Below, one piece after another: positions 57,110-64,000 of a DNA stretch of 64,000 nucleotides. The first letter of the stretch is position 1. Each line of letters begins with the position of its first letter. The notes beneath the pieces are model-generated. The model was not told where the DNA came from, searched no databases, and saw nothing but the letters and a program-made list of their open reading frames with translations. A program made the translations under genes and the position numbers. This DNA comes from Klebsiella phage vB_KpM_FBKp34. The DNA is taken from the sequence record MW394390.1; one strand, 5' to 3'.

Positions 57110-57691
57110 ATGTCACTTAATCTGGAAAAAGGTTCTTCATTGCCAATGGTTAAAGAAGATGGCAAAACTCCACTAAAACGAGTTCGTGTAGAGTTATCCT
57201 GGAATCCTAATACCAATTCATCTTCACATGATTTTGATCTGGATGTTCTTGGCGCAGTCTGTAAGAATGAAAATCTGCAAGCTGTATCAGTTAGTGAAGT
57301 TGCATACTGGGGGCAAAAACAGACTAAAGCAATTAACGTCTCCCCTGATAATCAAACTGGTATTGGTGATGGTGTTGATGAGTTCCTGGATATTAATCTT
57401 GAAAATGTGTCTTCAGACGGAGATCGTATTCCAGTTTTGGTTTATATCTACAATGCACGACCACGAAATCAGAGTTTTGCTCAGGTAGATGGTGCTAGTG
57501 TTGTTCTTCGTGACCTTGACTCAGGTAAAACTATTGGTTCTTGTAATATCTCTGAGAAAGGTTCTTCTATAGATGAGTCGCTTCTTGTTGGTGTATTTGA
57601 GAAACAAGCAGATGGAACTTTTATTTACAACCAAGTGAATGAGTTTTATGATAAGAGTTTTCAAGAATGGGTAGGTGTTTTTACTAACTAA
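57110..57691 (+). CDS. TerD domain protein
   Basis: LEKGSSL...VRVELSWNP...HDFDLDVLG...PDNQTGIGDGVDE...QSFAQVDGASVVLRD matches TerD core. Confidence 0.85.
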   Translation: MSLNLEKGSSLPMVKEDGKTPLKRVRVELSWNPNTNSSSHDFDLDVLGAVCKNENLQAVSVSEVAYWGQKQTKAINVSPDNQTGIGDGVDEFLDINLENVSSDGDRIPVLVYIYNARPRNQSFAQVDGASVVLRDLDSGKTIGSCNISEKGSSIDESLLVGVFEKQADGTFIYNQVNEFYDKSFQEWVGVFTN

Positions 57692-57752
57692 TTAGTTAAA
57701 GGCACTATTGGAGATAGTGCCACTTTTAATCTCGAAAACAGGAGAAAATATT

Positions 57753-58334
57753 ATGGTTTTAAGTCTGGATAAAGGTTCTAAGCTGTCACTAGATAAATTT
57801 CAAGCATCTGATCTGAAAGTATTGCGTGTTGAAATGACTTGGGACGCACCAGAGAAAACGAGTTCTTTCTTTAAGAGCTATGATTATGATCTTGATGTAA
57901 TTGCAGTTATTGTAGACAAAGATAATAAGGCTGTGGATGGCTCTAAACACTTTTGTTTCTTCAACCAACAGGAAACTCCAGCAATCAAAAGTTCTGGAGA
58001 TGATTTAAATGGGGAGGATGGCGGTGAATCTCTCCTGATTACCCTGGATAAAGTTCCTGAAAAAGGTAAACATATTCCAATTATTGTTGACCTTCATAAG
58101 GCTAAGGAACGTAAACAGAACCTTTCTCAAATGAAAGATGGTACGGTTCGTATTCTTAATCATGAAACAGACGAACTTCTTGCAGAAATTAAGATGAATA
58201 CTTTCTCAAGTAATGATACATCTATCTTGTTTGTGGTTGTTAATCGCACGGATACGGGTTTTGAAGTAGAGAACGTTAGTACAGCATACCCTAAGAGTAT
58301 TGTTGACTGGATTGAACTTTACCAAGTACAATAA
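57753..58334 (+). CDS. TerD domain protein (second paralog)
   Basis: MVLSLDKGSKLSL...VEMTWDA...YDYDLDVIA...; aggag RBS; track ORF starts 45 nt earlier. Confidence 0.8.
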   Translation: MVLSLDKGSKLSLDKFQASDLKVLRVEMTWDAPEKTSSFFKSYDYDLDVIAVIVDKDNKAVDGSKHFCFFNQQETPAIKSSGDDLNGEDGGESLLITLDKVPEKGKHIPIIVDLHKAKERKQNLSQMKDGTVRILNHETDELLAEIKMNTFSSNDTSILFVVVNRTDTGFEVENVSTAYPKSIVDWIELYQVQ

Positions 58335-58351
58335 GATCATTTTAAACTGTT

Positions 58352-58377
58352 AGGTGGGCCGATGCCCACCTTTTATT
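58352..58377 (+). terminator. rho-independent terminator GGTGGGC-CGAT-GCCCACC + TTTTATT
   Basis: seen; track ORF 58354 begins inside this hairpin. Confidence 0.6.
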
Positions 58378-58392
58378 AGGAAGGAGATTAAA

Positions 58393-59271
58393 ATGAGTGC
58401 AGACTATAAAAACCTTTTCAATAAACAAAAAGATTATTCTAATCTGTTCTCTGACAGTCAAAAACAAACTAAACAGGAATCAAACATGTCATATAAAAAT
58501 ATATTTGGCAATTCGGTATCTGTTCCCGAAGTTACTAAAATAAAATCAGTTTTCCCTGAAAAACAAATTGATGCACGAGTAAAAGATATTCAAACTATAG
58601 ATGCTAAAATTAGTACCCATGCTGTGATAAGCTGGATAGATAATTTTGATAATAACTTCAAGAAACTCACTACCATCAACCAGGAAGTTTCTCAATGTGA
58701 GTTAGATTTAGCAATGGAATTTACTAGTGGCAGACTTCAAGTACAAACCCTCTTCAATGATATAAAACAGGCTGTTTCCAAGTTAAAGGGACCGCAAAAG
58801 AAGCCTGGGCTACTATCACGTATTTTAGGTTCTAATGAGGAGTTTAAGTTAACTCAGGAAATTATTACCGAAGTTATCCAAGAGATTAAATTAAACTTGG
58901 AACAATTTAAGAACAAGGCCAAATATAACACTAGCATGTTTTTAAAATCAGAAATGAGGGCTATAGAAGCTAAAATTTTGGATTTAAAAAGTGACCTGGA
59001 GTGTGCTATTGTTGCTGCAACTTACATGATAAATAGTGATGATTTTAAGGGAACTGTTAGATTAGAGAAATTAAAACAAGTAAGTGGTTTAACAAATATT
59101 TCAGAATTGCAATTAAAAAATACTTACCAACTTCTTGAGAAAGATCTTGAAGCATACGAGAACTTAAAAAACATGACAATTCCATTTTTGTATGCTAAGA
59201 TCCAAACCTTAATGAGTAGCACTTTAGATTCTGAAGCGCTTAACGTGATTAATGATATTGATAAACTTTGA
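58393..59271 (+). CDS. TelA/KlaA-like toxic-anion-resistance family protein (paralog 1)
   Basis: MSADYKNLFNKQ N-terminus paralogous to next gene; long helical/coiled-coil body; assignment inferred. Confidence 0.4.
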   Translation: MSADYKNLFNKQKDYSNLFSDSQKQTKQESNMSYKNIFGNSVSVPEVTKIKSVFPEKQIDARVKDIQTIDAKISTHAVISWIDNFDNNFKKLTTINQEVSQCELDLAMEFTSGRLQVQTLFNDIKQAVSKLKGPQKKPGLLSRILGSNEEFKLTQEIITEVIQEIKLNLEQFKNKAKYNTSMFLKSEMRAIEAKILDLKSDLECAIVAATYMINSDDFKGTVRLEKLKQVSGLTNISELQLKNTYQLLEKDLEAYENLKNMTIPFLYAKIQTLMSSTLDSEALNVINDIDKL

Positions 59272-59281
59272 GGATTAAATT

Positions 59282-60358
59282 ATGTCATATGGTAATCTAT
59301 TCAATAAAACACAAGCTGCTGAAAATGTTGCAAACAAAAACTCTACAACATTTACTCAACCTGTAAAATCTTTACCTATTTTAAAAGATGCAGAAGGCAA
59401 TACTTATGCAATGGAATTGAGTGAAATTCAAAATTTTGGTATTGTTAAAAATTCAAAACAATCTGAAATTAATAATCAAATCTTATCTAAAACTCTTGTT
59501 GCAGATAGTGGTGTAATGGCACAAGGCTTTACTCAAATTATGGCTCTATCTGAAAAAGTAGATATTGGTTCTTTAACTGATGGCAAAGTTGGTTTCTTAA
59601 AAAGTTTACGTAATAAGTTTATTGATCGTAAAGCTGAAGTGAAAGCTCAATTTACTACTGTGCGTAAACAAATTACAGATGTCGCAGCTAACCTTAAGAC
59701 GAAACTTATTGAAATGGAAGAAGAAGGTAAGTGGTTAGAATCTATGTATAAGGCAAACCTTGAAGAAGTTCGTATGTGGGAGCAAAATAAAATTCTTGTT
59801 AATGATGCACTTGAACAAGCTGAGAGTTACCTACAAAACTTAATTAATACAGATGCCTCCGTAGATCAAATCGAAGAAACTCGAATGAAAGTTAATGCAC
59901 TAAGTAAACAAGCAGATAAAGTAAATAAAATGCACCAACTGAGTGCTATTGCTGCACCAGAGATACGTATGATGCAAGTTACCAACTTCAATAATGTGAA
60001 TAAGTTCAATGATATTCTTGAGTTAACAATCCCATACTGGGAAAAGAAAATGTCCCTGGCATTAAACGCAGAAAATCAGCGACAACAAATTGCTCAAGCA
60101 AAAGTTATGGATGATTTTACTAACAACTTAATTCAAGAAACCGCTAAACAGGTAGGACAAAATATGGTAGATTCGGCTAAAGCAAATCAAAGAGGGATTG
60201 CTGATGTAGATATTATGGTAGAAGCTACTAATGTCATTATCAATTCTATAAAAGAAGTTGTAGAGATTGATAAGAATGGTAATAATGTACGTAAAGAAAA
60301 TGCCAAAAAGATTGAAAAATCTTTGGTAGATATGCAGGATGCATTACGTAGTGTATAA
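59282..60358 (+). CDS. TelA/KlaA-like toxic-anion-resistance family protein (paralog 2)
   Basis: MSYGNLFNK...; helical 358-aa protein with the size and composition typical of TelA; inferred. Confidence 0.45.
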   Translation: MSYGNLFNKTQAAENVANKNSTTFTQPVKSLPILKDAEGNTYAMELSEIQNFGIVKNSKQSEINNQILSKTLVADSGVMAQGFTQIMALSEKVDIGSLTDGKVGFLKSLRNKFIDRKAEVKAQFTTVRKQITDVAANLKTKLIEMEEEGKWLESMYKANLEEVRMWEQNKILVNDALEQAESYLQNLINTDASVDQIEETRMKVNALSKQADKVNKMHQLSAIAAPEIRMMQVTNFNNVNKFNDILELTIPYWEKKMSLALNAENQRQQIAQAKVMDDFTNNLIQETAKQVGQNMVDSAKANQRGIADVDIMVEATNVIINSIKEVVEIDKNGNNVRKENAKKIEKSLVDMQDALRSV

Positions 60359-60374
60359 AATTTTATGTTGACTA

Positions 60375-60406
60375 AAAGGGGCTAATTGCCCCTTTACTAT
60401 TTTTAA
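60375..60406 (+). terminator. rho-independent terminator AAAGGGGC-TAAT-GCCCCTTT + T-run
   Basis: seen. Confidence 0.6.
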
Positions 60407-60422
60407 AATATAAGGAGGACTT

Positions 60423-60932
60423 TTGCTAAAGAAACTGCCAATGATTTTGTTGACAGCGATACTAGCGCTTCAGAACGCTGCTGCGAGCACTTCAAGTAAA
60501 GATAAGCCATTACATACCTGTACTAAGAAAGATTCAACCACGCTCGTTTTGGCGTGCTCTATGTATGCTGAGGCACGTGGAGACGGTGAAAAAGGTATGT
60601 TGATGGTAGGTAATGTAATTTTAAACAGGAAAAATCATGAAGATTACCCCTCTAAAATCAAAAAAGTAGTTTATCAGAAGAATCAATTTTCATACTTAAC
60701 AGGAAGTCCTGTAAGAATTTATGAAAAAGACACCTGGAATAAAGCTAAAAACTTAGCTAAATTTTTGATTTTATTAGAGAATGAAGATCCTTCTCTGAGG
60801 GTATTGCACGACCGAACTAAAGGTGCTATCTTTTATGTCAAGAGAGGTACAAGAGTAGCTTGGTTAAAATCAATGAAAAAGGTTGCAAGCTATAAAGACC
60901 ATGATTTCTATGTTCCAAAATCAGATACATAA
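60423..60932 (+). CDS. SleB-family cell wall hydrolase with signal peptide (TTG start)
   Basis: signal peptide; ACSMYAEARGDG...VGNVILNR...PSKIKKVVYQKNQFS. Confidence 0.65.
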   Translation: MLKKLPMILLTAILALQNAAASTSSKDKPLHTCTKKDSTTLVLACSMYAEARGDGEKGMLMVGNVILNRKNHEDYPSKIKKVVYQKNQFSYLTGSPVRIYEKDTWNKAKNLAKFLILLENEDPSLRVLHDRTKGAIFYVKRGTRVAWLKSMKKVASYKDHDFYVPKSDT

Positions 60933-60944
60933 TGGAGATTAAAA

Positions 60945-61196
60945 ATGGCTGGTTATCACATTAAAGAAATTGAAAAACGTCGTTATGGATCATTAGGTAA
61001 GATTCAGGAGGAAGTAGAAGAACTTCTAGATGCACATCAACAAGGTAGCTACATTATGATGTTGGTAGAACTCTCTGATTTATACGGTGCTATTGAAGGT
61101 TTCATGGAAGAAAACTTTCCTGACATGAAGATTGCAGATCTTAAAAAGTTCTCAGATATCACAAAACGTGCGTTTAAAGAAGGTCATCGATCATGA
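60945..61196 (+). CDS. MazG/HisE-like all-alpha nucleotide pyrophosphohydrolase
   Basis: EEVEELLDA...LVELSDLYGAIEGF two-helix EExxE / E..D pattern; weak. Confidence 0.35.
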   Translation: MAGYHIKEIEKRRYGSLGKIQEEVEELLDAHQQGSYIMMLVELSDLYGAIEGFMEENFPDMKIADLKKFSDITKRAFKEGHRS

Positions 61197-61783
61197 ACAT
61201 AAATCTTGACTTGATCCAAAAAGCTATTGATTGGTATAGCACAGATTGTGTTTTATCAAGCGTACCATACTTAGTGGACCAAGATATTATGAAGTGGACT
61301 TGTCCACCTGGTGTTGTAGATCGTAGAATGACACACTACAATGATAAACAATACGTTGCCAGTGCAGAACAATCTTTCCTTCAGCTAGAGAAAGATGGAG
61401 AGATAACAGATGGGATTAAACCGCTTATTGCATTGACGCCTTGTTATAGAGACGAACCAATTCTTGATGAGACTCATTTTAACATCTTTTTAAAATTAGA
61501 AATTTTTGATTATAACCCTAAAGGTCCAGTAGATTATTCAGTTTTCTGGGCTAAAAGAATGTCTCTATTTTTCCTAGAGTTTGATCTAAAAACAGACATC
61601 ATTCAAACAGATATTGGTTATGATGTGATGTACGGAGACTTAGAGTTAGGAAGTTTTGGAGAAAGAATCTCACCAAAAGGTATCCCTTACGTGTATGGTA
61701 CAGGTCTTGCAGAACCCAGGGCATCTTTAGCATTACAAAGAAATTCTAAAAAGTTGTTGCTTTCTGACTCAAGTGTGTCATAA
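61193..61783 (+). CDS. class II aminoacyl-tRNA synthetase-like catalytic core fragment
   Basis: LTPCYRDEP...ETHFNIFLKLEIF (motif-2-like) and GTGLAEPRASLAL (motif-3-like); inferred. Confidence 0.35.
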   Translation: MNINLDLIQKAIDWYSTDCVLSSVPYLVDQDIMKWTCPPGVVDRRMTHYNDKQYVASAEQSFLQLEKDGEITDGIKPLIALTPCYRDEPILDETHFNIFLKLEIFDYNPKGPVDYSVFWAKRMSLFFLEFDLKTDIIQTDIGYDVMYGDLELGSFGERISPKGIPYVYGTGLAEPRASLALQRNSKKLLLSDSSVS

Positions 61784-61814
61784 TTAGCTCATCAAAACAT
61801 GAGAGGGCTTATTA

Positions 61815-62117
61815 ATGAAACGTACATTAGGTTTTCAAGCAGAAGATTTGATTTTCAAAAGTGAAGAATTCAATATCTTTAATGAGTTCACTACTGAAAT
61901 CTCTGCTACAAAGATATTTGAATACGCCAATGAGATTAAGAATAACTGTTCAGAAGATCAGTATGCGATAGCTTGGGCTTGTGCACTTAAAGGTGCTAGG
62001 GCTGGTCTTGATAATTGGGAAGAGGATGGTGCTCTAGGTGGTATTGAGGATTATATGGATGATGGAATCATAGCCGAACTCTATGACTTTTTCTTTACCT
62101 GTAATGGAGCAGCTTAA
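61815..62117 (+). CDS. hypothetical protein
   Basis: 100-aa ORF. Confidence 0.4.
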   Translation: MKRTLGFQAEDLIFKSEEFNIFNEFTTEISATKIFEYANEIKNNCSEDQYAIAWACALKGARAGLDNWEEDGALGGIEDYMDDGIIAELYDFFFTCNGAA

Positions 62118-62119
62118 TA

Positions 62120-62395
62120 ATGAAATTATCAGATGCACAAATCTACACTTTACGTAGAATGAATTCTGGTACAAGATACTTCATGAGAGGTGATGGTCTC
62201 AAAGGTGAAGAAGATCGAAGTGTAAGATACTCCGTAGACAGGGTAAACTGTAAATCAATCCCTGTGCTCTATGAAAAAGGTCTAGTAGAATTTTGTAGTG
62301 ATTGTTTGAAACTTAAATCTAGTTGGTATAGTATAAGACTTTCATTACTAGGCAAAGAAATCTTACAAGATCTTAAAACATCTGGAGAAAAATAA
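62120..62395 (+). CDS. hypothetical protein
   Basis: 91-aa ORF. Confidence 0.4.
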   Translation: MKLSDAQIYTLRRMNSGTRYFMRGDGLKGEEDRSVRYSVDRVNCKSIPVLYEKGLVEFCSDCLKLKSSWYSIRLSLLGKEILQDLKTSGEK

Positions 62396-63045
62396 TGATT
62401 AAGCATATCTCTTTTGACGTATGGAATACTTTGATCACTGCAAATCCTTTATATAGTGAAATTCGTACTAAAATAATTGCAAAGTATGCAAATGTAACTG
62501 ATCGTGAAGCAGGTACAATGTATCGGAAAGTAAAGAAATATTTAGACCAAAACGCAGAAAAAGGTATTTGTAGTTTTACCTCGACTGCTTGGTATGTTTT
62601 AGGTAAAAATTTAAACATGGAACCAAAAGCAATTACTCAAATGCAACGCGAATGTGAAGAAGCTTTTCTTGCATTCTCACCACGTTTAAATGAAGATTTA
62701 GTTGACCAATTAATAAGCCTTGATGACAAGTATGAACTGAGTATTAAAAGCAATACTAACTTTATTTCAGGAAGGATCTTGTCTGAAGCTGTAGGCTTTG
62801 ATAGAATGCCATGGTGTAGTTTTATGCATTTCTCGGATGAACATCTGCTTTGTAAACCAGACATTTTATTCTTTGCTAAAACTCTGCTTTCTAGTAAGCT
62901 GTCTAACCTAGCAAACTACGAAATTTTGCACATTGGGGATAGTGAAGTTTTTGATGGAAAATGTGTTGACTTAGGATTTAAGTTCTGCCATATTAAAAAC
63001 CCTGAAGACCTTTTAAACAAACTCATTAATGGAGAAGTAATCTAA
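62395..63045 (+). CDS. HAD superfamily hydrolase (dehalogenase-like subfamily)
   Basis: motif I ISFDVWNTLI, motif II LSIKSNTN, motif IV HIGDSEVFDG. Confidence 0.55.
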   Translation: MIKHISFDVWNTLITANPLYSEIRTKIIAKYANVTDREAGTMYRKVKKYLDQNAEKGICSFTSTAWYVLGKNLNMEPKAITQMQRECEEAFLAFSPRLNEDLVDQLISLDDKYELSIKSNTNFISGRILSEAVGFDRMPWCSFMHFSDEHLLCKPDILFFAKTLLSSKLSNLANYEILHIGDSEVFDGKCVDLGFKFCHIKNPEDLLNKLINGEVI

Positions 63046-63869
63046 TGCGTAATGAAACTCAATTCTTTACTCACGCTTTTTCTGAACTGAAATCTGCACC
63101 ATTTTCACCTGAGAAATATTCTCGTTTGAAGTTTGGTAGTGATAAAGTAGCTAAAGAATTTGGTTATGATCTTGCAGACTCATTCTTCAAGCATTATGGT
63201 GATGATTTTATTGAACACAAAGGTGTAGTTATTCCATCACCTTATAATCAAGTTAAGAATGCTGCAACAATCATGTCTGAACATTTCATGGATCGTATGA
63301 ATGACCTGTTGGTTTCTCATGGTGGTTCAAATCTCGAATGGTCCGTCATTAATCGTAAAGTTTCTTATATTAACGACTATGGTTTCCTCGATAAAGAGAA
63401 GCGTAAAGCTTTGATTGATGGAGATGTGTTCCATTTGAACAAAGGTTTTCTTGAAGGTAAGAAACTCATTTTTATCGACGACGTCAATATCACTGGGACG
63501 CATGAAGACAAACTGATTGAAATCTTGGATCATAATGAAATTAAAAATGATGCATATTTCCTGTACTATGCTAAGTACACAAAAGGTGCAGTAGATGCTA
63601 ATATTGAAGCAGCATTGAACTTTGCCGGGATCCGTGATGCACGAGATTATGTTGCATTGACAGCAGAAAAGAACCACCATCTGATTGTGCGTCCTATTAA
63701 GTTTCTGATGAGCCGGGATCCTGCGGAATTTGAAAAAGTTATTAAAGACCTTGACATTGAGTTCATCCAGAAATTATACTATGGTTGCTTAAGTGAAGGT
63801 TATCATAAGATTAAAGAATATCAGATTAACTTTAAATTTCTGATGTGGTATCTTGGTAAAAATAAATAA
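63045..63869 (+). CDS. phosphoribosyltransferase (PRTase) domain protein
   Basis: PRPP-binding loop KLIFIDDVNITGTHED. Confidence 0.7.
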   Translation: MRNETQFFTHAFSELKSAPFSPEKYSRLKFGSDKVAKEFGYDLADSFFKHYGDDFIEHKGVVIPSPYNQVKNAATIMSEHFMDRMNDLLVSHGGSNLEWSVINRKVSYINDYGFLDKEKRKALIDGDVFHLNKGFLEGKKLIFIDDVNITGTHEDKLIEILDHNEIKNDAYFLYYAKYTKGAVDANIEAALNFAGIRDARDYVALTAEKNHHLIVRPIKFLMSRDPAEFEKVIKDLDIEFIQKLYYGCLSEGYHKIKEYQINFKFLMWYLGKNK

Positions 63870-63878
63870 GGAGTCATT

Positions 63879-64000
63879 GTGAAATCATTAATTATCTCTC
63901 TGAAACAAATCCTGTCAGAATCAAAAGAAGAATTATCTACGGTAGGATTGCAACTGGCAAGTCTGGGAATGTTCATGGATTCTCTAAACTATGTTTACAA
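63879..64000 (+). CDS. hypothetical protein, 3'-partial (GTG start)
   Basis: aaggag RBS; runs off window. Confidence 0.3.
   Translation, partial: MKSLIISLKQILSESKEELSTVGLQLASLGMFMDSLNYVY

Noticed and set aside
58354-58392. Track ORF start MGRCPPFIRKEIK for 58354..59271
   Set aside because: These codons are the GGTGGGC/GCCCACC terminator hairpin. The real start is the ATG at 58393 with an aggaaggag RBS.
1-64000. CRISPR arrays, rRNA, tRNA cluster, group I intron in nrdD
   Set aside because: There are no regularly spaced direct repeats with unique spacers and no rRNA-like or cloverleaf-capable segments. The nrdD insertion stays in frame with intein termini, so it is an intein, not an intron.

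Overview
This window looks like a large AT-rich lytic phage genome (T4-like feel: hyperplastic blocks of small ORFs, nrdD-nrdG, free-standing HNH homing endonucleases, Lar anti-restriction proteins, terminators ending in T-runs). I recognise three blocks. (1) 1-12.6 kb is a + strand array of about 40 small early-type ORFs, including a serine recombinase, DUF4326, DUF4236, a NADAR domain protein and a Lar protein. (2) 12.6-25.8 kb is an atypical island. It opens with about 1.7 kb of highly structured non-coding DNA carrying nested inverted repeats, iteron-like direct repeats and TGAGA-N5-TCTCA palindromes. It then carries about 25 small minus-strand genes of slightly higher GC. Each of these has its own sigma70-like promoter (TTGAC-N16-18-CATAAT/TATAAT), a GC-rich 5'-UTR hairpin and often its own terminator. 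The block is bounded by a 20-bp inverted repeat at 15509-15528 and 25162-25181. (3) 25.8-37.4 kb is a minus-strand block: HNH-AP2 homing endonuclease next to a short C5-MTase-like gene, a UvrD-like helicase, a second Lar protein, a pol-beta-type nucleotidyltransferase and a RelA/SpoT-type HD small alarmone hydrolase. After that, 37.5-64 kb is a + strand block holding a macro domain protein, a WGR+PARP catalytic domain protein (H-Y-E triad), GatB/YqeY, anaerobic RNR NrdD split by a LAGLIDADG intein, NrdG and a Bfd-like ferredoxin. It ends with a striking Ter-type stress module (TerC, vWA/TerY, two TerD, two TelA-like, SleB-like hydrolase) fused to a small-molecule biosynthesis cassette (MazG/HisE-like, class II aaRS-like core, HAD, PRTase). 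The most novel signals are the phage-borne Ter+PRTase module, the PARP/macro/NADAR ADP-ribose trio, and the promoter-per-gene island with its structured origin-like leader. No rRNA, tRNA or CRISPR array was found.
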